A stretch of 64,000 nt of DNA from the human T2T-CHM13v2.0 reference genome, Homo sapiens. The notes beneath the pieces were generated by a model. That model saw only the letters and a program-made list of their open reading frames with translations. It made no database searches and was not told the DNA's origin. Position numbers and translations under genes: made by a program. Each line of letters opens with the position of its first letter. The stretch's first letter is position 1. Positions 1 through 14,899 of the stretch are shown here, in pieces. Where the stretch lies: assembly GCF_009914755.1 (NCBI RefSeq), contig NC_060929.1; one strand, written 5' to 3'.

Positions 1-126
1 ACTTTTACAGACATAAGAGTTCTGCTGTTTAAAAAGAAAATCAATCACTCGATAGTCACATGTCTTACAATGCAGCAGAGAGATATGGAAATAGTAATAG
101 TAATAATCCTCACTTTTCAAAAAAAC

Positions 127-263
127 TTTCTTTTTATTTATTTTATAATGACAAGGTCTCCCTATGTTGCCCAGGCTGGTCTTGAACTTCTGGCCTCAAG
201 CAACCCTTTGGCCTCAGCCTCTCAAAATGCTGGGATTACAGTCAGGAGCTACCGCAACTGGCC
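127..263 (-). mobile_element. Alu monomer (FLAM/AluJ left arm)
   Basis: T-rich tail, then ggtctccctatgttgcccaggctggtcttgaac...gctgggattacag; single arm. Confidence 0.85.
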
Positions 264-339
264 CTCACTTGCTGATGAGGAAAAATAATTACTGTGCATA
301 GGTACAAAACCCTGTACTTAGTACTTCTTCAGCCTTACT

Positions 340-510
340 TGCTACCTCCCAAGGGCTCTGTGAGGTAGGGCTGAGTGTTGTCCTCATTTTACAGGTGTGC
401 ACTTGGCCTCAGGGAGAGGAAGTTAGCAGCTCCAGGTCACAAAGTTGGGGCATGGTGGCAGCAGCATTTGCACCCCGGGCCTTCTGATTCCAGTGCCCAT
501 GCATTAGGCC
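340..510 (-). mobile_element. MIR SINE fragment
   Basis: cctcattttacaggtg...ggtcacaaag resembles the reverse-complement MIR core. Confidence 0.6.
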
Positions 511-587
511 CTAGGCAAAACCACAGCCACTGGCACAGTGAAGCCCCCAACCTGTCCTTTGGCAGTTTGTTCAGAATTTAAACTATT

Positions 588-884
588 CGCCAGGCACAGT
601 GGCTCACTCCTGTAATCCCAGCACTTTGAGAGGCCGAGGCAGGCAGATTAACTTGAGCTCATGAGTTCGAGACCAGCCTGGGCAACATGGCAAAATCCTG
701 TCTTTACAAAAAGTGTAAAAAGTTAGCTGGGTGTGGTGATGCATGCCTATAGTCCCAGCTACTCAGGAGGCTGACGTGGGAGGATCATTTGAGCCCAGGA
801 GGCAGAGGTTGCAGTGAGCCAAGATCACACCACTGCACTTCAGTGGTGATAGAGCCAGACCTTGTCTCAAATAAATAAATAAAA
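588..884 (+). mobile_element. AluJ-type, full length
   Basis: Dimeric Alu with J diagnostics (ggaggatcatttgagccc, gaccttgtctc) and (aaat)n tail. Confidence 0.9.
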
Positions 885-1286
885 TACTCTCTTAAAGTGA
901 GCAATTAGTGATTTATAGGAGAAATCCTTTATTCCCAGGAGACAGGTAGACAGACTGAGCCCTCTCTGGATTCGCTCATTGTGTTCCGTAGAGAGGTAGC
1001 ATCATTATTTAACAAAAAGAAACACCTCCGTTTATTTATAGTAGAGCTGTAACTTTTGTTCCCACCACTCTCAGTATGCATAGAAAGTGCAGCTTCTTTA
1101 TTTAAGGCTATACCTGGTGGAAGCCCCCACCCCACTGCTACCCACTGGGTGGCTTGTATATATACACACACATGCCATTCTGAGCCTCTCTGGATGACAT
1201 GCCTGTAGGGTGGACAGGGAAACTGAAGCTTAAAGAGCTTAAGTTATTGAATAAATCAAAATGAACTGGGCTAACAAAGAAGCTCA

Positions 1287-1614
<328 letters not shown>

Positions 1615-1644
1615 GAGAGAGAGATAATTCTTTCAATTCTAAAT

Positions 1645-1934
1645 TATTTTTATTATTATTATTTTTTGAGACAGAGTCTTGCTCTATCACACAGGCTGGA
1701 GTGCAGTGGCATGAACACAGGGAGCGGCAGCCTCAACCTCCTGGGGCTCAAGCGGTCCCCCCACCTCAGGACCACAGGTACATGCCACCACGTGCAGCTA
1801 AGTTTTTGATTTTGTAGAGATGGGGTCTTGCCATGTTACCCAGGCTGGTCTCAAGCTCCTGGGCTTGAGCAATCCTCCCGCCTCAGACTCCCGAAGTGCT
1901 GGGATTACAGGTGCGAGCCACTGTGCCCCGCCGG
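1645..1934 (-). mobile_element. AluJ
   Basis: Reverse Alu with J-type ctcctggggctcaagc. Confidence 0.9.
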
Positions 1935-2295
1935 ATTTTTTTCTTCTACAGATTTACTACATGCTGGCTAGATGTCCTTTGGCTGTCAAGTTCAATGTTC
2001 TCCTTAGATAGGTAAGCTTATGTTGATTTAAAAATTTTTAAATCATTTCATATTTTAAAATATTTATGTATTTATCTTTTTTGAGATGCAGATTCTTTTT
2101 TTTCTATCAGACAGACATTTCTCAGGAGCAAAATGTTCCTGGTTCATGGATGGAATTAAATATGTCAATATTTTATGATGCCTCATGTGGTGACCCCAAA
2201 TCCAGCACGACCAGGACAAGTCAGTCAAGAGGAACATTCCCTTAAGTGTGTTCCTTACAGCACTACTTCCAGGGTAAAAAACCTGATGATTTTTA

Positions 2296-3315
<1,020 letters not shown>

Positions 3316-4001
3316 TAACTACTGGGCTTCCCAGTTTCATGGGACTAGTGTTGCATGAAACCTACTCTGGAAGCACTGACCTAGAGTGAACCATTCCCTT
3401 GCAGGGGAAAGCAAGGAACTCTTATTATCTTAGTATTTCCTTGTGACCAAAATCTATGGTCCCTGAATCAAAGAAGGAGCCTGCATGATGGAACCACTTC
3501 CATGCTCAGTGCTGAGTCCCAGGAACTAGTCCTTCATTGCTCTTGTCCAACAAACCCTCCCCATAAATGAACCAGGCCAGCACTGGCTTCCTCCTGCCTC
3601 TCCTAGAAGCAGAGGCCACTCCTGAGGAAGGTATCGGGATGTGCTGCTTGGCTTGGAAGTGGGAGATGGTCTGTTCCAAGCTCTGCTTATTCAGCCACAA
3701 AAAATAAATATCTTTCATCCACCCTCCCCCCGCCACACCATCCCTACATCAAACACTAGAGCTTTCCTTCAACCAAACAACACTCAGAAAGGAAGAGGGG
3801 GAAATGAGCAGGAATTTCAAGAATTTGCATGACACTTCCTTCTTCACCCTAGCACCATATTGCTTTAGACTGCAAATATGATTCTAGACGTGTAAGATTT
3901 AAATGACAACTGAAATTAGTTGTAACAGGATTCCACATCTGTTTTGTCGTTGTGTCGTCCCTTTGGCCAAGGTCTGAGAGACGGCGGAATCAACCAGAGC
4001 T

Positions 4002-4126
4002 AATAACCCGGCACTTTGGGAGGCCAAGGCCGGCGAATCACTTGAGGTCAGGAATTCAAGACCAGCCTGGCCAACATGGTGGAAACCCTGTCTCTACTTA
4101 AACAAACACACAAACAAAAAACAAAG
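4002..4126 (+). mobile_element. Alu left-arm fragment
   Basis: gcactttgggaggccaagg...ctctact followed by an A/C-rich tail. Confidence 0.85.
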
Positions 4127-4974
4127 GTATTAGCAAAATTCCTTTGCAGGTGACTGAGATTGACTCTTCCAGCCTGTGGGGAACTGGGTGGTTCTGTGAA
4201 CATTTTAGGGCATTAGGAAGGAGACAGGCCCCATCTCCCAACCACTGGCACTGTAGATTGGATTGGTTTTTCCAATGAATAAAGACAGCCTGAATACATA
4301 AAGGGGGGACTCAGGTTGGGGGGACTCTGAAAGAATCTATAGATGAGAACAAAATCTTACCTACCCGGTAAAGACTTCTTGGGCCATATACCACCCTCTA
4401 ACAGATTTATATGTCTGAGGTATAAAGCCAGCTCTTGGAGGAGCAATACTATAGAAACAAAGCCACAGAGAGTATAAATTTGCTGGCTGCACAAGCCATA
4501 AATCAGCGGTGAGAGGATCCAAGGCCCTGTAGAGACCCACTGCCTGCAGAATAAGAGGGCAGTGTTGCTCAAGGGGTCTCTGCTGGGCCTGCCTTTCCCA
4601 CGGCAGAGTAACCAGAATTCTCCTCTCCCCTCTCCCTGCCCGCCCCGCTTCTGTCCTGTGAACTGAGATGCTGCTGATTACAGCCTGATGGTTAGTGGGA
4701 TTCATTCCATTTCTGAAGGTCACCAATGCTCCCCAGAGCTCCTGCCACACAATCCTTGCTGTCTTGGATCATTTCTCACTGTGGTATTTCTTAGTTCCCT
4801 TCAGAGATTGTTGGCTTGAGGAGGCCGATTGTGCCTCATCTGTTTCCATGTACTTCACAACCACTGCTCAACTCTTTGCATTTGATAGGCGAATAAGGGA
4901 CACTTTTGAGGTCATTGACCCCTGGTCCCTACAAGTGTCCCCACTTCAATCAAGAATGGGTCCAGGAAAGAGAG

Positions 4975-5620
4975 GTCAAGCCAATGGGTGCGAACATACG
5001 ATTAGATAGAAGGTATAAGTTTTTTTTTTTTTTTTTTGAGATGGAGTTTCGCCATGTTGCCCAGGCTGGTCTCGAGCTTCTGGCTTCAAGTGATCTGCTT
5101 GCCTTGGCCTTTCAAAATGCTGGGATTACAGGCCTGAGGCCACTACACCCAGCCAGAAGGTATAATTTTTTTTTTTTTTTTTTTTTGAGACGAAGTCTCG
5201 CTCTGTGGCCCAGGCTGGAGTGCCGTGATGCGATCTCAACTCACCACAACCTCCACCTTCCGGGTTCAAGCGATTCTCCTGCCTCAGCTTCCTGAGTAGC
5301 TGGGATTACAGGTGCGTGCCACCATGCCCAGCTAATTTTGTATTTTTAGTAGAGACGGGGTTTCAACATGTTGGCCAGGCTAGTCTCAAACCCCTGACCT
5401 CAAGTGATCCACCCGCCTTGCAGAAGGTATAAATTCTAATGTTCAATGATAGCAGAGTAAGACAAATATAGTCAGCAACAATGTATTGATAAATACTGGA
5501 GGTGATGGCTATCCCAAATACCCTGACGTGATCATTAGGGATTCTATCCATGTAACAAAATATCACATGTAGCCCATACATAGGTCAAATATTATATAAC
5601 AACTAAAAAAAAAATAAAAA
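4975..5620 (+). mobile_element. L1MA-type 3' end, interrupted by two Alus
   Basis: ttagatagaaggtataa..ttctaatgttc...ggtgatggctatcccaaataccctga...aaaatatcacatgta then poly-A. Confidence 0.8.
5019..5421 (-). mobile_element. Alu monomer (5019-5154) plus 5'-truncated AluS (5166-5421)
   Basis: Two reverse Alus separated and flanked by agaaggtataa. Confidence 0.9.
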
Positions 5621-5699
5621 TAGTTCCAGGAGCCAGGTTTGTACCATGTAACCCTGTCCCCCTTTAACCTTTTCCCAAACCTGTGGAACCATGAAACAC

Positions 5700-6630
<931 letters not shown>

Positions 6631-6709
6631 ACTAAGCAAAACAACAACAAAAAAATGGTCCTTGGGTTGAATTCCCAAGTGTTTTTATCAGTATTTCTTA
6701 CTGACTTTA

Positions 6710-6850
6710 CTTTTAGAATATACCTGGAATATTGACCACTTCTCACCACCCGAGTCACCATCATCTCAATGGGACTGCTGTGATAGCCTCTCACCTGGTC
6801 TTCCTTCTCCTCCTGCCTCCCTACAGTCTGTTCTTCACTTAGCAGCCTGG
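6710..6850 (+). mobile_element. L2 fragment
   Basis: gaccacttctcaccac...caccatcatctc...atagcctc...tggtct...ctacagtctgttct. Confidence 0.7.
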
Positions 6851-6959
6851 CTCTCTCCCCTCTTTTTTACTTCCTTTCCTGTGCTTTCCCATCCCATTCT
6901 GACCAGATTGTTCTAAAAACCATTAGGACAAAGCAAGGCAGGCACCTAGTACACCTGGG

Positions 6960-8355
6960 AGAGACTGCTGTAGTCCAGAATGGGGTGTCAGAGCCTGAGT
7001 GGGGTAAGGAGGGTGTCTATGTAGAAAGACTGCCTGGCATGGGGAGTAGACAGGGAGGAGAAGGCATCTGAGGAGGAGGATGTCAGAGCCTGTGAAAGGT
7101 GAGGGACGTATCCACGTGGTGAAAGGGCATGCCCTCGTGTGGGAAGACAGAACCTGGGTGGGAGAGGAGAGTGTGCATGGGGAGGAGAGGCCTGGCGGCA
7201 GGTATCATAGTCTATAGAGAGGGAAGAAGTTGTCTACACAGAGGAAGGGCCTGGCATGAAGGATCAGAGTCCATGCAGATAGAGGAACATCCCCATATGG
7301 GTGTTAGAGAGATGAAGAGGGTGTCCACGCAAGAGGGCAGCTGGGCACAGAGAGTCAGAAGGTGAGAAGCGTGTCCAGGGCAAAGGATGATGATGGCAGA
7401 TGGGTGACAGCAGGGAAAGTCATCAAAAAGTACATATATTAGGAATAATGGGAGCCAGATTTCTCAGAGTCAGAGAAGGGAGTTACAATCACGGAGAGGA
7501 ACAGAACCTAAGTGAACCCTGTAATGTCGTGTTGGAATTGAGATCTATATCAGAACTCATGGCTTTCAACACATAGGTAGATGGATGAATAAATAAAACG
7601 AGATAGCAATGTTCACTAGCTCTGAGGGCCTGGGAAGAGTGACACACCTCACTAGCAATGAACACATCCAGCACCCAGATCTTCTAAATACCATTTTCCA
7701 ATAGCAGGAACTAGGGCTCCTTGCAGAAATGACTGATTCCCATATTAAGGCATAGAAAGTGTAAGAAAAGCCTAGAAGATCCTGTTGTGTCAGAAAGCAA
7801 AAAAGTGCTAAAAAAAAATGATGAGGATATGTCAACACAGAAGCCAACTTGAAGGGGCTTCTATTAAGCAAAGCTGGGACAATTTAAACACCAAAATAAA
7901 TTATGGTAGTAATGGTTATAACCCATTGACTGATTTAGGAAACCATGACTCCACACTAATATAAATAAATAAATATTTACATAGTTTCAGATAGTCTCTC
8001 CAGAAAGCATCTATTAATTTCAAGGGGGAAAAGGGTAACTTTTCAGTGAAGAAGTCTGGCAGACATCACCTTAATCAAGTGATCAAAGTGAACGTCATCA
8101 GCAATGGGACAAATGGAAAGCAAGGCAGGAAATGCGCTAATAGGATGTGGGAAGAACACAGCATCACTTCTCTGATATTCTTGCCAAAGATGCATAACCA
8201 GGATTGAGTCATGAGGACTAAGTTGAAAGACATTCCATGAGAAACTGACCTGTGATCTTCAAAAGTGTCAAGGCCATGAAGGCTAAGGAACTGTTTCACA
8301 TTGAAGGAGACTGAAGAGATATGATGACTAAATGCAATGTGTGATTCTGATCTGT
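6960..8355 (+). mobile_element. L1MC3/L1MC4-type 3' region
   Basis: ggggtgtcagagcc subrepeats, then cacccagatc..ctaaataccatt, ctggcagacatcaccttaatcaagtgatcaaagt, gactaaatgcaatgtgtgat. Confidence 0.75.
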
Positions 8356-8359
8356 CTCT

Positions 8360-8950
8360 AGGCCAGCTGGGGCTCCGCTGCTCTCTGCTAGCATCTGTGG
8401 GTCTTGGCTCCAGGTTGTGGCTGAGTTGAGGTCTGTACCACATGTCTTTCATCCCCCTTGGATCAGCAGATACCTGAGGCATATTCTTTTTATTTTTCAG
8501 TTTTTGAGACGGAGTCTTGCTCTGTCACCCACGCTGGAGTGCAGGGATTGCAGGCGCATGCCACCATGCCTGGCTAATTTTTGTATTTTTGCAAAGACAG
8601 GGTTTCACCATGTTGGCCAGGCTGGTCTCGAACTCCTGACCTCAGGTGATCCACCCGCCTCGGCCTCCCAAAGTTCTGGGATTACAGGAGTGGGCCACTG
8701 CGCCCGGCCACCTGAGGCATATTCTATTCATGGCCAAAAAGTAGGGCAAGCCCAACTGCACAATCATATTTCAAGTTTCAGCTCACTTCACATCTGAAAT
8801 CTGTAATTAGCATTTAACACAAGTCACAAGGCCAAGCCCCAATTCAAGGGTGAATGGCACACTTTGCCCTCCCATGACCATGGCAAAGGTATGGATGTGT
8901 GATACTGCTGCAACAGGGCAGTGAAGTATTGAGATTGATGATTCAACCTA
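8360..8950 (-). mobile_element. MLT1 (I/J-like) LTR fragment, interrupted by Alu
   Basis: ggcatattct..catggc...caagcccaactg...aagtcacaaggccaagccc. Confidence 0.55.
8486..8709 (-). mobile_element. AluS with internal deletion in the right arm
   Basis: TSD acctgaggcatattct; sequence jumps from ggagtgcag to ggattgcagg. Confidence 0.9.
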
Positions 8951-9415
8951 CTACACTCTCTGTGTCCCTTAGACTTTTTTGAGCATACTGTACAGTCTGG
9001 GAATTCCTATGTTGGGTACGTGTTAGTGCCAAGTATACTGCTGAACCCAAGGAAAGTGCTTATCTTGACTAATTGATTGTTGTCAAATGTTTCTCTATCC
9101 TTGTTGGGGGAAGAGACTAAAACCACTGCATCAATGCTCCCTATCTACATTGGTTCCAGGCAGCCTTCCTACAATTTGGACCTACTTCCTAAAATGTAAG
9201 ATATGCAAACTTTTTGAATCATCAGCTTAATTTTTCTGGAGAACTAATTATAGATATGGTTTAAAAAACAAACAAATATGAACAAGAGTGCTTATTATAG
9301 CATGGTTTGTTAGAGGAACAAAGTGGACCTTCCCAAAGGTCTCATATAGGAGAGAGGCTAAATCACATTGCCATTTTCATGGTGGTTAAAAAGAATAAAG
9401 AATGAAGTATCATTA

Positions 9416-9463
9416 TGTATTCTCAACAGTTCAATTAGAGCAGTAGAACCACTAGGAGGTACA

Positions 9464-9513
<50 letters not shown>

Positions 9514-9975
9514 CGGAGAGGAAGAGAGAGAGGGAGACAGAGAGAGAGAGAGATGGGGATTTGACTTTAAGCAATCGGGGAGCTGGCTAAACTGTCTTGG
9601 GAAGGCTGTTACCTTCTCATCTGACACTGGAGCTTGGCATCCACACGGCAGGAAGAGAAGAGGGATGTAAGTAGGGAAGAGTGAGAACCAGCAGGAGCCC
9701 ACAAGATCCACAGGAGTCTCTCTCCACCTCCAACTTGTTGGTACAAGTGTCCTGCGGGAGCAGCTGACCTCTTCCTTCATCACAAAGCCAAACACACACC
9801 TGGCGCAGGAGATGGAGCTGCTGAAGGAGGACACAGGGCAGGTGGAGCAGCTGCAGCCGTCAAATGAGCAGCAATACAGGATATCCAAATCTCAGCCTAA
9901 ACGTCTCTTGGTCCCCCCTAACTGGCCATATACAGGGAAGACAGAATCCAGCCTTCCCAAATGGATGCATTCCAA
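9416..9975 (-). mobile_element. MLT2E/F-like ERVL LTR
   Basis: tgtatt...gttcaattagagcagtagaaccacta end, ggagctgg..gaaggctgtt, ccatatacagggaag; contains an apolipoprotein-like segment. Confidence 0.7.
9464..9552. repeat. Compound (TG)n(GA)n microsatellite
   Basis: Directly visible. Confidence 0.95.
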
Positions 9976-10041
9976 TGCCACCACACTGCTAATATGGAAA
10001 GATTTCCAAGATATATTTATGTGTAAGAAATGCAAGTTTCA

Positions 10042-10383
<342 letters not shown>

Positions 10384-11429
10384 TTATGCTGCCGCAAAAA
10401 TTATTTTTATCTGTACACATATAGGTAGGTACATACATAGAGACAGATTTGGAAAGATAAACACTGACCATGGTCACCTCCAGAAAGGGACTGGAACTGG
10501 GGAAGAGGGTGTCAACGGGACTTTGTGTTTATCTGGATTCAAGTGCAATTGAAGGCAAACATAAAAAGCAAAAAGAAAATCCCCTCTGTGTTAGTGTCTT
10601 CTCAAGTCAGGGGTGTTTTACTTCTCTGCGAGGACCCTCATTTTTAGTTCTTTCAAAATGAGCAATGAAGTAGATTTCAAGACACTGTGAGGTGTGTGTA
10701 GATGGTCAAAGGGTTGTTCTTGTGGTTTTCTTTCTTCTCCGTTTCAAATTGTTAACAGTACAGCGAGGCTTTACCACATTGCTTTGGCCTTTTGCTCCTG
10801 AGAGGTGGGTGAACCCCCAGGGCTCCGCCTGCAGCCAGTTGGGCATTGGGGGAGGGGTGGTGACCCCTCCTGGGCAGAAATCAGCAGAAGTGATGATGTC
10901 CAGTTGGAATGCCAGGACCTCCTGCAGGGGTTGAGGAGGCAAGTCCCTCTGCTTTCTCAATAGTGATGCTACGTGCCAGATATTCCTTCTAAGAACTTTG
11001 CTAGTGTCATGGACTCCAGCTGGGGCACTACTGGGAGCCTGCCCTCTGTGGATGGCACATGCAGATCTCTGGGGTTTATGCAAGAATAGTCACAACGATT
11101 TTTCAAGAGAGAGAAACAAATAGATGATGAGCCTCAAGAGGCTTCCAGCCTGTTAAAAGTGACTCCATGAGGCCCCTCCCCAACCCCACACTGTGTCTCC
11201 AGGCCCAGAAGACAGCCTCCCGGATGGGGCTACCCCAAGAGTCCCACCTTTTCCCAGAGCCTCTCATTCTCCCGTCTTCTAGGAAGCCTTCAGGGGCTTT
11301 CTCCATTGAGAAGGTCTCTCCCTTCTCTTTTTTCTGTTAAAATCCCAACCATACTTCAAATCTCTCCAGAAGTTTCTCATCAGCCACAAGGATTTTCATT
11401 TTCCATCATCACCCAGCTCTCCCTTAAGG

Positions 11430-11791
11430 CAAGACATGGTACCCAGCCCGGTGCTCTCAGCAGGGAGCTTCTAGCTGTTGTTCCCACAGGGGTTGTCCTG
11501 CCTGAGCCATGGCCTCCCTAGGGGAGCCCCATCTGGGGGCCAGGTGAGATGAGGGCACCAGGGCCTGGCCACTTCAGCCTGGCAAGGGTAACTCTGCTGC
11601 AACATTTGCTCCAGAGCTCTGCACTGGGCTGGCCACGCATTTGACAGGTCTGCATTGCAGCTTGGCTTTTCCCTCTGCCTACATCTGTTCCCGTGCACCT
11701 CTTTCCTTTCACAGTTATTGATCTCTAGTAAACATCATGCACCCTCAACTCCATATCAGCCTCTGCCTTCTGGAGAACCCAATTTGTGATA
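11430..11791 (+). mobile_element. LTR16-type ERVL 5' LTR
   Basis: atttgctccagagctc...tcctttcacag..ttgatctctagtaaacatc..caactccatatcagcctctgcc..gaacccaatttgtgata; PBS follows directly. Confidence 0.7.
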
Positions 11792-11793
11792 GT

Positions 11794-11808
11794 TGGTACA
11801 AGGAATGG
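11794..11808 (+). other. Primer-binding site, tRNA-Leu type
   Basis: TGGTACAAGGAATGG matches TGGTACCAGGAGTGG (complement of the tRNA-Leu 3' end) at 13/15, just after the LTR. Confidence 0.65.
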
Positions 11809-12971
11809 TCCCAGAAAGCAGTTGACAGGTGGGTTTTGGAACTGGACCAGTTATCACGGGGCCAGCATTAAGAGGGGTGAGGCACAGCAGCCCCTGGGTC
11901 AGGGCAGTGGCCCAACTATGGATTCCCCTGGTGAGGAAGGAGGGGGAAACGCACTAGTAGGTGTTATGCATGAGGTATTTGAGAGGTCTGGCGTTCACAG
12001 TTGCTTTAAGGATAGGGTATGGGATAGAAAGTTGATGTCCTTCAGAAAAAGAACAGACAGCTGAGGGCCATAACAGGCAACTGAAAGGCAGTTGTGAAGC
12101 CAGAGGGCCTTTTTGTTTGCATACAAAGAAATTCTAACCTCCTACAGCACAGGGCAGGATGAAATGCCCATTGAAGCAGTTTCATTATACCAAGGTTAAG
12201 GCCCTGGTGGGTAAAACCTGGCTGTGATATATATGTGTGATGGAGACATCTATATGGATGCTCCAGAAGCCTGTGAATTCCCAGACTCAGCTGACCCTTC
12301 CGAGCATGCAGAATGGCCCACCGACACGAGTGGGAGCTAGCACTGTCCCTGTGCTGGAGATCACTGCAAAGGCCATTCTCCTGAAGTGTCTCTCAGGAAG
12401 TGCTCCCACCTCCCCTCCTGGCCACTAGGCCTAAAAATAAGGTTAGGTCACAGCATGATCCAGCTGGGTGTGCAATGCCCCTGATACGGGAGGAAAGGGA
12501 TCATTCCCCAGGGGTTGCAGGACCAAGCCAGACGGCAGCACACACAGGGACCAGGGGAGTGCGCAGGGGCCTGGACTGAGACTGTCGATCAGAGGACCAG
12601 AACATCGCAGCACACAGGGAAGAGCTTTCCTGAGATGCAGCATCCAGGGAGATGGCACTAACTGGGCATCACTACTAGGATGCCCCAGAGGTGCGGAGAA
12701 AGTGACCATCCTGCCGAGCAAAGGTGAAATGCCAGAATTGCTGTGGCAGTTGGTGGAGGAAAGGATTAAAAGGCTCAAGGCGATGAGTGTGCCAAAATGG
12801 ATAGGCTATGGGCAGCCGGAATGTCTGTCTATTCATACGGTCCATGAAAGGGCTCAGAGGACACAATGTGTTGGTGAGAAGGGCACCAGCATCACTAAAA
12901 TGTTCAGTGGTGGCTCTCCTCTGCAGGCCAGGGCTGAGGGCAAAGATGCTGCTATGGAACTTGGCTCCCGA

Positions 12972-13080
12972 CTGGGCACGGTGGCTCACGCCTGTAATCC
13001 CAGCACTTTGGGAGGCCTAGGCGGGCAGATCACCTGAGGTCAGGAGTTTGAGACCAGCCTGGCCAACATGGTGAAACTTC
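12972..13080 (+). mobile_element. Alu left arm, 3'-truncated
   Basis: ctgggcacggtggctcacgcc...ggtgaaac then abrupt end, no tail. Confidence 0.9.
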
Positions 13081-13719
13081 CTCTGGGTTTCCAGAAAGAA
13101 AAGTGGCTGGGTTTCCAGAAAGAAGAACCCTGTATTACCATGGTATATAAAACTCCTGTTGCTGGCATGTGATACCCCTGTGCTTTCCCCCAACAGGACC
13201 TATGGCCATTTATTTAGGTCACTCTGCACAAGGGAACTGGGAATACAATACCTAGACATTTGAGGACCGTTGGACACAGGGTCTGAGTTGACATTGACAC
13301 CCAAGGACCTGAAGTGTCATCATAGCTCCCCTGTCAGGTGGGGATGTGGGGGTCCAGGTAACAAATGGAGTCCTGACCAAGATGCAGCTTACAGTGGGTC
13401 TACTGGGTCCCAGACCTAACAATGGTCATATCTTTCCATCCTACTCCCACCTTCCTTCTCTCTTATTATGACGTTCTGGAGAATAAGACCAGTGTCTTTG
13501 AATGCCCCCTAGTGTGGGGCATGATGCCTGGCATGCAATGAGGAGTAGGTACTTAATAAATATCACCACTCCCAACTGGACGGGAGCCAGAACTCCCCTG
13601 GGTGCTTATAGCTTCTAACACTTATTTTGCACATTGGGGACTTTAATCTTTACTGCCCTTATTATTTTTTGTAACTTATTTTGAAATAATTATAGACTTA
13701 TAAGAAGTTACAAAAATAA

Positions 13720-14025
<306 letters not shown>

Positions 14026-14483
14026 CTAGTCCAGAGTGGTCCTGTCCATACATTGTACCCTTCCCTGAGCTTCCCCAGTGATAATATCTTATATAACTAC
14101 AGCACATTAACAAACCAGGAAATTGACATTCGTATGGCAATATTAACTAGATGGCAGCCCCTATTTGGATTTCACCAATTTATATGTGAACTTTTGTATG
14201 TGTGCATAGTGCTATGAAACTTTGTCTCCTGTATAGATTTGTGCGACCACCACTACAATCAAGATACAAAACTGTGCCATCACCACAAAAGAACTCCCTC
14301 GGGCTACCCTTTTTATAGTCACACTATCGCCCCATCCCTTACTTCTGGCCACCACTTTTTATAATTTTGTCATTTTGAGAATGTTATATAAAATAAGTTA
14401 TATAGCAAGTATCTTTTGAGATTAGCTTTTGGAATTCAGCATAACACCCGTGGGCAGTATTCTCTTGTGTAGATGCTCCCGAC

Positions 14484-14784
14484 CTTTTTCTTTTTTCTTT
14501 TTTTTGAGACAGAGTCTCACTCTGCCACTCAGCCTGGAGTGCAGTGGTGCAATCTCGGCTCACTGCAACCTCCGCCTCCTGGGTTCAAGCAATTCTCCTG
14601 CCTCAGCCTCCTGAGAAGCTGGGACTACGGGTGTGCACCATCACTCCTGGCTAATTTTTGTATTTTTAGTAGAGATGAGGTTTCACCACGCTGGCCGTGC
14701 TGGTCTCAAAATCCAGACCTCAAGTGATCCGCCCACCTCGGCCTCCCAAAGTGCTGGGATTACAGGTGTGAGCCACTGCGGCCC
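14484..14784 (-). mobile_element. AluS
   Basis: Full reverse Alu. Confidence 0.95.
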
Positions 14785-14899
14785 ACACTTTATTTTTAAT
14801 CTGGTTACCTCTTGAAGGACATTTTGGTTGTTGGCACTTTTTGGCTATTGCAAATAAAGCTGATTTGAATATTCACGTACAGATTTTTCTGTGAACATA

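Larger units (their letters stand above)
11792..13435 (+). mobile_element. HERV16/ERVL internal remnant (decayed gag and protease)
   Basis: gag-like MPELLWQLVEERIKRLKAMSVPKWI near 12729-12805; retropepsin LDTGSELTLTP from 13270. Confidence 0.8.

Noticed and set aside
6980-7400. Degenerate spaced repeats (ggggtgtcagagcc...) superficially like an array
   Set aside because: Irregular and diverged; consistent with internal subrepeats of L1MC-type 3' regions; no CRISPR context in primate DNA
12468-13037. Longest ORF (189 aa) as a domesticated gag gene
   Set aside because: Only about 30 residues are gag-like, the rest is out of frame, and it ends in an Alu
14144-14160. CTCF-like actagatggcagc
   Set aside because: Lacks the 5' CC of the core and lies within an old L1; too weak
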